A stretch of 64,000 nt of DNA from Octopus sinensis (GCF_006345805.1 NC_043007.1:53134001-53198000); one strand, 5' to 3'; shown: positions 1 through 12,205, counted from the stretch's first letter. Notes: generated from the letters alone by a model not told the origin. Numbers and translations are program-made.

Positions 1-135
1 ATTTGGTATGGTTTCTATTGCTGGATCCCTTCCTAATGCCAACCATTCCAAGAGTATGGTGGGTGCTTTTTACGTGCCACCACCATTGGCCATGACTACG
101 ATCTCACTTGGTTTGACAGGTCTTCTCAGGTACAG
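1..135 (-). mobile_element. RTE LINE 3' UTR fragment
   Basis: ggat.ccttcctaatgccaaccattcc...gtgggtgctttttacgtgccacc matches the 3' UTR of the RTE copies at 44581-47150 and 40990-41720. Confidence 0.75.
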
Positions 136-270
136 TATATCACCTAAGGCCTTGGTCACCTGTTGAAAACTTGTGGATACCTATGGTTACAGGCAGTAAC
201 CCACTATCCACATAATCCCTACCAGGAATAACACCGAACCTGAGACAAACCAAAATAATAATAATAATAA

Positions 271-3005
271 TCAAACAAAAGGTATCTGCCAAAGCTGCCC
301 GCATAGCGAGATATGAAAAGCGTGTTAGATTTTTCAAGGACAACAACATGTTCAAAAATAACCCCAAGAATTTTTACAGGAAGATAGGAAAAACAGCGTT
401 TACTGCAAGGTCTGTACCATCAAAAGAAGAAGTGCAGGGATTTTGGAATAAATTTGGGCAGAAGAAAAAACACACAACGAAAAGGCCCCCTGAATTGACA
501 GAATATCTACAGAACTGGACCCCTTAGAAGAGCAAAAGTGGGAGGGTGTCAAGGTAGAAGATATAAGATCTGCTCTCAGGAGGTCAAGCAAATGGAAGTC
601 TCCAGGAAAGGATAAAATTCCTAACTTCTGGCTGAATGCCTTCCCAGAGAGCCATGAACTGCTAACAGAACTGTACAATGATGTTTTGCAACATCCTAGT
701 AGGATGCTTCCTTGGCTAGTTAATGGGTTAACATTCCTGCTTCCAAAAAGTGAAGAAACAAATGAACCAAAAAACTATAGACCCAGAACCTGCTTAACAA
801 CTATGTACAAAACGCTAACATCTGTCCTTATAGTTTTTTAACAGACAGCAGCATATTCCCTAATGAACAGAAAGGATGTAAACGTGGATCCTATGGCTGT
901 AAAGATCAACTACTCATCAATAAGATGATCTTAGAAGATTGTCACAAACGACACAAAAACTTATCAATAGCCTGGATAGACTATAAAAAGGCTTTTGATG
1001 GCCTACCACATAGCTGGATTAGGAAATGCCTGGAAATGTATAAGATAGCACCTACTCTGCGAAACATTTTGACTGTAAGTATGAGATCATGGAGAACCAC
1101 ACTAACTCTGAACAGTGACAATGAATCCCTAAATGCTGGTGATGTAAAAATTTTGTGTGGCATTTTCCAGGGTGACTCACTGTCACCACTCCTCTTTTCT
1201 TTAGCCTTAATACCTCTTTCAAAACTGCTCAATGATGCGCTGTACGGGTATAAAATGTTTGATAAAAATATAAATCATCTCATTTACATGGATGATTTAA
1301 AGCTTTTTGCAAAAAATGACCAACAACTCAAGGGCTTACTAGCAATAGTCAAACAATTCAGTGACGACATCAGAATGCAATTTGGCCTCGATAAATGTGC
1401 AAAAGCTACCTTTATCAAAGGAAAAATGACAGAAATATCTAACGTTAACCTTGACCAGCAGAATGTCATAAAAGAACTAGACCCAGCGGAGAGCTACAAG
1501 TACCTAGGGGTAATTGAAGGGAACGGAATAAGGCATTCAGAGATGAAGGAAAGGATCAGGAGAGAATGCTATCGAAGAGTGAGAGCAATACTCAAGACAG
1601 AGCTGAATGCAAGAAACAAGATCGAAGCGATCAATGCATTAGCCATACCAGTCATGACTTACAGTTTCAATATCGTTAACTAGTCAATTACTGAAATATG
1701 TCAGCTCGACAGAAAAATAAGAAAACTGTTAACAATGCATAGAATGCACCACCCTAAGGCAGATACAGAACGACTTTATCTGCCAAGAAAAGAGGGAGGC
1801 CGTGGTCTTTTGCAACTGGCAATAACAATGAAGATTGCTACAATTGGCCTAGACACCTACCTGAAAAAGTCTGAGGACTGGATGTTAAAACTTGTCTCAA
1901 AACATGAAAACAAGAAGGCATCATACTCAGTAACAAAACAGGCAAAGGAATATCTAAGTGAACTCCAAATACAACAAATTTCGGAATTAGAGATAGACAA
2001 GCACAGAAAAAGCTAGGCGCATGAAAACCCGTGCCAAAACTGTGCCTTAGATATTCTGAATAATAAATGGCAAATACCCAAAGAGAGCGAATAATGCAGA
2101 TATTGACAAATCCCTGACCCATCAATGGCTAATGGCCTCTGGCTTAAAATCTGAAACAGAAGGGTTTATCATAGCAGCGCAAGATCAATGCCTACCAATA
2201 AGAAACTACCAGGCCAACATATTAAAGAACGGCAGTAGCCCAACATGTTGTGTATGCCGACAACAAAATGAAACCATTGATCATGTTGTCTCCAAATACA
2301 GTCTTCTAGCGCCTACAGAGTACCTCAACAGGCTTGATAGAGCTGCACAATATATTCACTGGGTAATTTGCAAAAACCTGGATTTGCCCCATGAAAAAAA
2401 CTGGTGGGAACACAATCCACCTCCAGTGCTTGAAAATGACCACATCTCACTCCTCTGGAACTTCACCATTCAAACTGACAGAAAGATAGATGCAAATAGG
2501 CCAGACATCATATTGAAAGACTTCAGACAAAGAACACGCCTCCTCATTGATATGACTGTCCCAATCGATATAAACGTATCTGTCAAGACCTCCAAAAACT
2601 GAGCAAATATAAAGATCTTGAAATAGAAATCAGCAAAATGTGGAACCTAAAGACTAAAACAATACCTGTTGTCATAGGTGCCCTGGGAATGATAGCGAAA
2701 GGGGCTGATTGCTACCTAAATCAGATACCAGGAAACCCCAAAATGGCAGAAATTCAAAAGATAGTGCTCATGGGAACTGCTCATATCCTACGCAAAATAC
2801 TCTCTATGTAATCCTAAGGTTTAAAACAAACTTTTTTTTTTTTTAAATTTATTTATTAGACATTCACTAGTACAACACAAAAAAACCCCAAATATATGGC
2901 ATACTAGGCATAACAACAACGTGAACTTCCAACCTGTTGTCTCTTGAGGTCTCTGGGTGAGACTTGGAGCCAACTTGTACAGACATAAAGCAAAAGTCAA
3001 ACATA
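271..3005 (+). mobile_element. 5'-truncated R4/Dong-clade LINE (RT, CCHC, restriction-like endonuclease), frameshifted
   Basis: ORF 925-1683 has [22 protein letters not shown] and YMDDLKL. ORF 2132-2602 has CCVC..ETIDHVVS and RPDII..IDMTVP; VVIGALG follows. (TAA)n at both ends (253-270, 3006-3023). Confidence 0.92.
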
Positions 3006-3023
3006 GAATAATAATAATAATAA

Positions 3024-3196
3024 TGGCTTCAGATCTTAACTGATTGGAAGTGTTACTATGTACATGATTTGTGTTAGTATAAGAAGTGGGCTACAACAAA
3101 TATACTGCTCAGTACCACAGATTTGCTTGTCAGTTGTTTGACCTTAACCGGTTGAGCATTTCCCTTAGTGGCTGATGATATGTGCAACTTTGATCA
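3024..3196 (-). mobile_element. SINE-like repeat fragment
   Basis: Non-coding segment ending in the shared (TAA)n tract. Assigned by recalled resemblance to octopus SINE bodies only. Confidence 0.4.
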
Positions 3197-3229
3197 TAAG
3201 CTGGACTAGTTGAAGCATCATGACCATGT

Positions 3230-5660
3230 GTTCAAAGGAATTCTTTGGGGTTTGAATAATTCACCTCTGGAAACATAGGTGTTTTATTCATCATCCTTAA
3301 ACAACCCTTATTCTGAGCTGTACTAAACTGGGTTTTATGCCTATTTCCTCTATCAATCTGTTCAAATCTTAACAGATAGTTCCTAATGCACCTATAACTA
3401 CTGGGATACATTTTACCTGGACTTTCCATAGTCGTTGTAATTCAATAGCTAGGTCCTGGTACTTTGCTATTTTTTTCTATACCTCTCATATTGATTTTTT
3501 TCATCATTTGGGACTGTTAAGTCAATTTTCTGGCACTCTATTCTCTTTATCTACTACTACTAAATCAGGCCTTCTAGCATCTAATTATTCTATCAGGCTG
3601 AATGTTAAAGTACACAACATCTTATATTTCTTACTTTCTAGTACTTTACTAGGTTCATGTTCATACCATATATCTGTATGGTCAATTCCTAGCTTTCTAT
3701 ATAACTCTCAGTGGTTTACTCTCCCTGGCTTATCAAGTCTTTTCTTGTATTCTTTCTATGCCAGCGTGCTACATTCACTTACTATATGAGTAACACTTTT
3801 CTCTTTTGAGTTGCTTAATCGACACTGGGAATCTGTTTGGCTTTTGTCTATCTTGGCATTTATCCAATTAGTCCTTAATGCTTGATCTTGTGTGGCTACT
3901 AACAAACATTATGTCTCCCTTTTTAGCTTTCCTTTCTGCAATCATAACCATGCCTCACTACTACTATTTGCTGCAACTATCCTTAGGAATCTACCATGCA
4001 ATTCCTTATGCTAGTCAGATAACTTTTGTTCTTTTTTCTGGTTTTTAACTTCATTTCGCATTTTGATTTCCATATGTCTTGCTGTGATTGTAGCAGCTCT
4101 TGATAAATTTTCTTCACTATTATCTGCATAGGAGGCTATATCTACTCTAGCTAATGCCACGCAGTCTTCTACTGATATTAACCTTCTTCCATTTTCCTTT
4201 CTAGGTAAGTATAATCTTGCTACTCCTGCTCTTGGATGGAGTCCTCCATTCATATTGAATTCCTTCCTAGTTCTGTCTGGCTTTGCTAATTCATTTTTTG
4301 TCCAATCTACAAAAGTTGCTGAGTATCTAAGTAATGATACTGCCCAAGTATTTACAGCCTTCACTAGATTTGGGCCATTTAGTTTTGATTTCATTAGCTT
4401 CCTTACCCTTCTGATGTACTCCTTCTCAATTTTTGTTTTCATTTCTATAGTTAGTACTCTGTCAGATTCTAATACTCCTAGATACTTATAATTCTCTCCT
4501 TTCAGTGATTTTAATGTCTGGCCATCAGTAAATTGGATGCCTTCACAGTTGACTACCTGTCCCCTTTTCATGACCAATATTGCACACTTAACTATGTCAA
4601 ACTCTATGCCTATATCTTTGTTGAAGAGTCTTACAGTCTTTATTAAGGAATCTATCTCTCTTTCATTCTTACTAAAAAGCTTCAAATCGTCCATGTAGAG
4701 CAAATGGTTAATTTTTCTCTTACTATTCTGCCTGCTATACTGAATATACTCAAACATTCACTTATCCATGAGTGTAGGATGTCATAGGCTTTTGTATCTG
4801 TTTCATGCCATTGTTAGATTTTTCTTTCTAGATTTTACTTCATTTAGAACTGCTTTGTTTATGTATAATATATCATGTGTTCCTCTAGCCTTCTTCCCTC
4901 AACCTTTCTGTTCTTATGGCAGTAAATTCTGGCTGTCAAGGTGCTCGTAAATGCTTTCTAAAAGCATTCCTATTAACAGCTTCCAAACTAACGGTAAACA
5001 AGTGATTGGTCTATAATTGCTAGTTGTATTACCCTTGCTTTTGTCTTTCATAAGGAGTATTGTTCTCCCTATAGTCATCCAATCTAGGATGATTCCTCCA
5101 TTAAAGCAATCCTAAAGTTGTTCCCTCAGCCTCCCTGTAGACTTCTAAATTTCTTTAACCAGTACCCTTGAACTAAATCTGGTCCTGGGCTTTTCCAATT
5201 TGGCATTTTTCCTAACACTTTATACTAATTAGTCTTAGATCTGGTTGCTTCTCACTCACTACTTCTTTCCTCACTTTCTTTAACCAAACTGTATCTCCTT
5301 TATGATTGACTGGCTTATCCCAAATATTACTCTAGAACCTTCCAACTTCTTCTACATTAGGTTTCTCATTTTCAGTACTTTCTTCTTCACTTCTCTACCC
5401 AAAGTGTTAACATCCATTCTCTATAACCCCTTCTTTTAGGTTCACTTTCTAAGTAGCACTGCATTACAATCCTGTTTACTTCTCTGGTCCACTTCCTCAT
5501 CCTTACTCTATCATCTGCTGATGCTGTCTTAGGAAAACAGCTGTGGTCAGTCTGCATCTTTACTGAACCACTGCTGAGTGAGAGGCCTTCCCTTAATGGT
5601 CCAGCCTCATTTTCACTGTTACAACCAGAGTTTATATGCAAGGTAAGGTAATGTTCGTCA
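3230..5660 (-). mobile_element. Decayed R4/Dong-clade LINE
   Basis: ORF 4011-4757 has HLLYMDDLKL and YKYLGVLE. N-terminal KWTREVNRIVMQCY in 5387-5641. Broken CCHC and RPDLVVVD endonuclease remnants at 3300-3830. Confidence 0.88.
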
Positions 5661-6399
5661 CCATCATCATCACCACTATTATTATTCCACGTGATAGTTT
5701 CAACTTAATTTCTGTTGTATTACTTGCTGCACTTTTGTGCTGGTGAATGTGTGCTTCATCTTTTTTTTCCTTTGGGGAATATGTTTTGTTATGGGGTTTG
5801 GTTTGAATCTTCTGTTGTATTAGTTTTTGTATTGCGTGTTGTTTGTGCAATGCAGGTTGTATTTTTCTGTTGGGTGTCGGACTTCTATGGCACATGTTGT
5901 GGGGCTTGTTCATTTTATTGGGTATTTACGATAGGAGTTTATTTGTGTATGTTTTTGGAGGAGTGTTGCATAGTAGTGTGTGTAAATCATAAATCAACCA
6001 TTTCATTGTATTCATGGTTCTTTCTTTTTGGTTTTATTATGGATCTGTCTTTACAGCATTTACTTTTTGACAGAACACTGCTGTTGGGCATGTGTTAATG
6101 TTTCTTTCGTATTTGTAGTTATTATTGATGTATAAGTGAGAGACTGAGAAGAAACAGCAATGTGCACATATATAGAGGATTTGTATAGATATAGATGCAT
6201 ATGTGATTAAAATTTTACTCACTCATTTGCAGTTTTTGTATAGAAGTACTGTAGTCCATATGTTTACATTTTCACACATGTTTTGCTCTGGCAGTGCGTC
6301 TGAGGGAAGCTATTTTTTGTATATATATTTATACTCTATATAAGAAAAATCTTTCAGTTTCCTGAGATGGCTTACATTAAAACATGGTTTTCTTTCATT

Positions 6400-7060
6400 G
6401 TTTTTGCAGATTCTTAATTCCTGCTTTGTGATGGTTTCAGATTTGATACTAAATCCTCTGGGATTTCCTAATCCAAACAGATCAGGTGCAAGATTATATC
6501 AGACCGGACCTAGTGGTTGTCGCCAGATGTATCACATGTGCTATATAGTTGATGTTGCATGTCCCTTTGACCCACAAATAGTCAAGAAGGAAGGCAAAAA
6601 ATAGATATATACAATCCTCTTAAGTACGAAATAGCCTGGCTGTGGAAAATGAAGGTGAAGATATTGCCAATTATTGTTAGGTCCTTGCAGACAGTATCAG
6701 AAGGCATCTAGTGGAATAGAAAGGAAATCAGAATAGAGTGCCCAGTAGAACTGTTACAAAAGGTTTGCCTCCTTGGCACATCATCATCATCGTTTAATGT
6801 CCGCTTTCCATGCTAGCATGGGTTGGACGATTTGACTGAGGGCTGGCAAACTAGATGGCTGCACCAGACTCCAATCTGATCTGGCAGTATTTTTACAGCT
6901 GGATGCCCTTCCTAACGCCAACCACTCCAAGAGTGTAGTGGGTGCTTTTACATGCCACCAAAGCATGAGAGCCAGTCAGGCGGTAGCCAGAATAATTAGG
7001 AAAGTATTAGATAGTTGAAAAGAACAGATAGCATGGTACTTTAAGAGTCATAACAAAACC
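6400..7060 (+). mobile_element. R4/Dong endonuclease C-terminal fragment interrupted by an RTE tail
   Basis: RPDLVV..DVACPFD..LQKVCLLGT|ARIIRKVLDS* reads across the insertion at 6781-6985. Confidence 0.75.
6781..6985 (-). mobile_element. Short 5'-truncated RTE 3' tail nested in the Dong fragment
   Basis: (CAT)n-cgtttaatgtccgctttccatgctagcatgggttggacg signature. Confidence 0.85.
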
Positions 7061-7499
7061 TGAGATAAAAAATAAATAATACTGCTACTAATAATAAATT
7101 AATGAAATATTTTTGTATTTTTACTAATAGATTTTTTTTTGTATTTTTACCAGTAAATTTTTTTTTTGTATCTTATAAAAGTATTTTAATATTAAGCAAG
7201 CTGATATTGAAACAACTAAAAATCCTATAAGTTAGCTGCAGCACATCGACAGAAAAATATTTTTCTACCAGCCACCAAACAAATACCAATAAAAAGTAAT
7301 GCTTCCTTTTTATTACATAGAATATTTAAATAGTATAGTCAGTTGCATGAACAGGACTTATTTTATCAGCCCAAATGATAAAAACAAATTCAACTCCAGA
7401 TTTGAACTTTGAACATGGAAGAATAAAATAAAATATATAGGATTCTAAATAAATAACTAGAGTCATATCCTTATTGTATTTTTTCTTTTTACTTGCTGG

Positions 7500-8443
7500 A
7501 TTTGGAGGAAGATGCAGTACACATGGCCTTTGCAGGCCCTCCTAGTAGGGTGAAATTATACCATTAATATTCCACTTAAACTCTTGTAAGTTGATACCTG
7601 CAAAAAAGACATAAACAGAGAGGGGATTCCTAAAAACTTGTGATCTAGGAAGAACTGGGTATAATGGTTAGTGTGAAGATGGTGGTTGGACACAACAAAG
7701 GTGGAAAGATGAGTGGATTAGGAGTGCCTGATTAGAGGTAGTAGGAGACTATCCAGCTCTGAGAAACAAAGGCCATCATAGTTGTAGTTGAAAAGACAGG
7801 AGGAGGTTGGAGTCTCTGTGAGTGATTTTAAACCATTCAGTCAAGTGATCTTAGTCAGGATACAATTTTGGATGTCTGTATTTGCAGTAGCAATACTTCA
7901 TTGTAGGTTTCATTTGAACTCTGTAGAGTATCAGCAATTGTTAGAGGCTGAAGTAGTTTCTAATCCTGAGGAGAAAGTGAGTCTCTGGATGTGCTTATAG
8001 CTATGTTAATGATATACTATCACTGAGAGAGATCCTCATTGATAATAAGACCTTACAGTTAAAGTGGCAATGAAGATTCTAGTTAAGGTTGAGGTTAGAT
8101 ATGACAATGTTTTTTGATAGTGTTTGTGTATTTTGCTGTTGAAAGAGAGATGAGTGGCATGGCTCCACTTGAGGATGATTTTGAGGTTTTCATTCATGGA
8201 ATCAGTCTGGTCTGATGCATGAATGATGTGTGGTTGGGCAAGGTTTGAAAAAAACAGAAGGTCATATTTGTGTGTGCAACAGCACAAACATGAATGTGAT
8301 GACAAGTAGGTCAATGATGTATAGAAGAAAGGTGGGAGAAAACCTAAACCTTGAGTTACAGCAGAGTTTGTTTGAATGGGAGATAGAAAGAGCTCTGTTA
8401 ATACACCATAATTGTGTGATATGACAGGAAGCTGCCTATCCAA
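7500..8443 (-). mobile_element. Highly decayed CR1/L2-type RT remnant
   Basis: NENLKIILKWSHATHLSFNSK resembles the LQ.DL..I..WS..N.L.FN.SK motif downstream of the CR1/L2 RT core. Other motifs are eroded. Confidence 0.4.
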
Positions 8444-9104
8444 GAGGTGAGAGAAAAATGAAACTCATAAGTAAAGTAAATTAGATCCCATTACAGTCTT
8501 TTTGGCAGCTTGGGATGAGAATCAAACTGATCAGATTTGTTGCTAGATAACAATTTATCAAAATTAATTAATTTTTTTAAAGTTGTGTTCTGTTACCAAG
8601 CAATAGTAAAATAGTAACAGAAGACTACTTATTAAAATGAATGTAGATTGTGCCAGGCACAACTCAAAGCCTGATGCAAGAATACAATTTAGCATAGTTA
8701 AATATATAGTTATGACTCTTTATTTATTTAGCCATAGCTCATGATGTGTTGGTTCATTAGCTCCTGCTAAGCAGTTCTCCTGAGATGTGAATTTAAATAT
8801 CTTAAGTTTCTCATCCTTGAATGGCAAATTGGAATAAATTTAGTTACTATTTTGATCTGTGATATGAATAAAAGGAAGGTAGGATTAGTCAAAAGAGTTG
8901 AACACTTGATTAAAGGCACTAATTTTATTTATGGGGTGAGAGTGCTAAACAGTGAAACATATAAATGCAATGTTATTACCAGTTTGAATATGCTAAAAAC
9001 ATGTTTGAACTTGTAAACATTGTGTTTTGTCCTGGAGAAAATTTCTCACTGTAGACATCTGGTTTAAATACACCCAAATCAGCTCACAGTGCCACCTATC
9101 CAGA

Positions 9105-9152
9105 CTGTGAGATGCAAGCATTTCAGAGTAGTTATCTCTTCTTCAATCACAG
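9105..9152 (-). ncRNA. Type I hammerhead ribozyme copy with C3U core substitution
   Basis: Reverse complement reads CTGTGA-TTGAAGA-AGAG-ATAACTA-CTCT-GAAA-TGCTTGCA-TC-TCACAG. Confidence 0.75.
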
Positions 9153-9560
9153 AAACCAGGCAGTGGCACTGCAAGCTGATAAGAGAAACAATCTCTCATG
9201 TTTTTCCAGTAAAAATACGTTGGTTGGTAGTGCATAAATAAATTAGTGTGTAAATAAATTATAGGGTAGTGCGTAAATAAATTATAGGGTGAGAGTGCTA
9301 AGCAGCGAAAAGTATAAATGCAATGTTATTACCAGTTTCAATATACTAAAAGCACATTTGAACTTGTAAACAAGCCATTCACTGAGTTTTGTCATGGAGA
9401 AAATTATTTTTGCATTTATACTTTTCACTGCTTAGCACTCTCAGCCCATAATTTAATTGTGATGAGCCATCGATTTGTGCTACCAGCCAGCGTATGTTGA
9501 CTGGAAAAACATAAGAGAAATTGTCTCTCTTATCAGCTCGCAGCACCACTGTCTGGTTTC

Positions 9561-9606
9561 TGTGACTGAAGAGGAGATAACTACTCCGAAATGCTTGCAT
9601 CTCACA
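9561..9606 (+). ncRNA. Type I hammerhead ribozyme, intact core
   Basis: Stem I TGTGA/TCACA; CTGAAGA (9566-9572); stem II GGAG/CTCC with loop ATAACTA; GAAA (9588-9591); stem III ATG-CTTG-CAT; AUC site, predicted cleavage after C9601. Stem I extends via GCAGCAC/GTGCTGC (9540-9626). Confidence 0.85.
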
Positions 9607-10190
9607 ATCTGGATAAGTAGTGCTGCAAGCTGATTTGGGTGTATTTACACCATATGTCTACAGCAAGAAATTTTCTGCATGACAAAACACAGTGAATGGC
9701 TTGTTTTCAAGTCCAAACGTGCTTTTAGCATATTCAAACTGGTAATAACATTGCACTAATTTTACACCTGCCTTTCATCTCTTCAAAAATAAATGAACTA
9801 ACTACTAATAATTGATGCAGTCAAGTTGTGTCTTTTTCATTTAAAAATGTTACTTGGTGCTAAAGAAAACAACCTTTTGAAATATTTCGCTAAATTATCA
9901 GAAACTAAAACTTAACTTCTGTCATAACTTATTCATAGCTATCCAGTAAACTAAACATCTATTAAGACTTTTGAGGTTTACCTGCTACTGTAAACCTAAA
10001 AGTCTGACAATGAAAGTTTAATAAATTCAATTGCTGCCTCTTCACTGTCTAACTGTTTATACACTAATCAGCAAGCTATCTTTCAGCTTATCTTTTGGTA
10101 ATTTTTACTATCAGTCACTCCCTATTGACCAACATTATTAATAAATTTGAATATGAGAAATTTTATTAATATGTATAAATTGTTTTTTAG

Positions 10191-10325
10191 CTTGACTTCT
10201 GGCCTGATTCGTTCCGTAATAAAATTTTCTACCGAATATTTGCAATTCAATATCCATCTGACCAAAACCAAGAAGAATGGTGGAAATTATTCAAGCCATG
10301 TGCATCACAACGTCTGTTTATTCCG
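10191..10325 (+). CDS. GXYLT1: GXYLT1/2-family glucoside xylosyltransferase (GT8), internal exon A, phase 0/0
   Basis: tttttag acceptor at 10189-10190, GT donor at 10326 (CCG|gtaaat). 135 nt translating LDFWPDSFRNKIFYRIFAIQYPSDQNQEEWWKLFKPCASQRLFIP; KLFKPCASQRLF(L/I)P is a GXYLT hallmark. GXYLT1 vs GXYLT2 orthology cannot be resolved here. Confidence 0.92.
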
Positions 10326-10869
10326 GTAAATAAACTTCAACTATATTACTAACTCTTAGCAACACACTGATTTGTAATTTCTAACATTATTTTAATTCAT
10401 CAGTACTTGCTTAATGGAACAAGTTGTAACAATGACTCAAGTCTACAGTAGATGGCTAAAGTTTAGATATATTTTTTCTGCTTTTCAGAAGGTGACTTCA
10501 CTATATTTCTGTTGATCAGGTAGACAACAAACTTGTAGGGAAGAAGTATAATTCATTTTGTCTATTAGGAATCCTGGAGGAATGATAAGCAAGGTCACTC
10601 CCATAGTTGATACTAGAAGAATTTAAGCTCACTATGTAGTGAAATGAAGTATGCACAGGAATGGCTGATTGGTCAAAAAGTTTGTTTCACAGTCATCAAG
10701 ACCCAAGTTTGGTCATGTACATTAGCCTCACATTGATCCAAGCCTTGTAAAATTAGACTGACAGAAATATGTGGAAGTTCACCAGATGGATTATACTTGT
10801 AATTCAAAAGGTTTCAAACGTGTCACTATATTTCACTGATTCAGTTTATAAATTATGTTACTTGGTACT

Positions 10870-11637
10870 GAGAGAACATGTGTAGGCTGGAGAGCAATGA
10901 AGGTAGTATGCTCCATTGGATTTTCAGCATCAGTGTGCATCACCGACAGAGCTGTGCAAGCATAAAAAGGATTAAATGTAGTATGCAGAAGAGGAGAATG
11001 AGTTGGTTTGGACATGTGATTTGTTATGAGTGAAGACAGCTGTATACAGAAGTGCTTGTTGCTGAAAGTGGCTTGTAACTGTGGAAGAGGGAGACCCAAG
11101 AAGACATGGGATGAAATGGTGAGGATGTTGGGGCTTATGGAGGAAATGACAGTGGATCAAGATGTTTGTAGATATGAAGTTCTAGAGAAGACCCGCCATG
11201 AAACTGACTGCTAGAAGAGTTGTATCCCACCCACTGTACCCTAAGAAATTGAACTACAATTCCTCTTCTAACTGCATCTTTCTCTTCCTCACATTTCCTC
11301 TTCATAAATTATGATTGTTTTTCAGTCCCCTTTCTTGCCCTCACTGCCTTGCTTATTGTATTTCTGCTCCCCACACCCCAACACCCACATCCTATTTTTT
11401 TAACCAGGTTCTACATTTATATTCTTGTTATTTGTGAGTATACCCTAGCTCTACACTATCTCTCTTCTGCTTTCTCTTACACTTTTGTTGTTTGCTACTC
11501 TTTCTCTTTTTTTCTTTGGTCACTCTCTTTATCCTTCTCTTGTTTTTCCTCTGACTAGCTAACCAAGTATCTCCTTTACATCAGTACACTTGTTTCTGGC
11601 CTCTTTCTTGTACCTCTCTCTCATTCTCTATCACCCC

Positions 11638-11674
<37 letters not shown>

Positions 11675-11730
11675 CTAACTAACCATCTTCCTCCTCTATA
11701 GCAAGACACCTGTTTCTGCCTCTCTATTTC
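10870..11730 (+). mobile_element. Divergent RTE subfamily 3' end with long CT-rich tail (copy 1)
   Basis: ORF 11026-11214 has CGRGRPKKTWDE. The downstream CT-rich segment aligns by eye with 17975-18860. Confidence 0.7.
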
Positions 11731-11899
11731 CTTGTTACACTAACCTTTCATCATCTGCTACTGAATCACCTCCTTTGTTGTGGCAAGACACCTGCTTCTG
11801 TCTCTTTGTCACACTCTAACCTTTCATCCTCTGACACAAGTTCCCCTCCTCAAATATCCCTGTCCCTCTCATAATTCCTTGTCTTGTGAGTTACTTGGT

Positions 11900-12205
11900 T
11901 ACCCTGCCAGTGCTGGTGATACATTAAAAGCATTTAGTCCACACTGTAATGTAACTGGTGTTTGGAAGGGCATCCAACTGTAAAAATCATGCCAAAACTA
12001 ACCTCACCTCTGCCAGTGCCATGTAAAAAGCACTGAGTCCACTCTGCAGAATGGTTGGTGTTAGGCAAGGCATCCAGCCATAAAATCCCTGCCAAAACAG
12101 ACACAGTAGCATAGGGTAATTTTTCTACCTGGCCATCTCTGTCAACCATCCTACTCATGCATGCATGGCAGATGGACATTAAATGATGATGATGATGATG
12201 ATGGT
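11900..12205 (+). mobile_element. RTE LINE 3' tail
   Basis: ggttggtgttaggcaagggcatccagc...gacattaaa(tga)n. Confidence 0.8.

Larger units (their letters stand above)
8928..9752. mobile_element. Hammerhead-containing, retrozyme-like non-coding retroelement insertion (tandem plus inverted ~350-nt monomers)
   Basis: 12-bp direct repeat GCACTAATTTTA at 8916-8927 and 9753-9764. Minus arm 8928-9405 is ~1.4 monomers (gggtgagagtgcta recurs at ~8934 and ~9287). Plus arm 9411-9755 is one monomer, TGCA to TGCA. No ORF. Confidence 0.8.

Noticed and set aside
5632-6222. Low-complexity ORFs here, and similar ones at 25560-25769, 56859-57041, 58220-58528 and 61356-61571
   Set aside because: They arise from GT-rich or microsatellite sequence or antisense TE frames; no protein motifs.
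1-10190. Upstream GXYLT exons
   Set aside because: No AG/GT-bounded segment with GXYLT N-terminal motifs was found; they probably lie outside the window.
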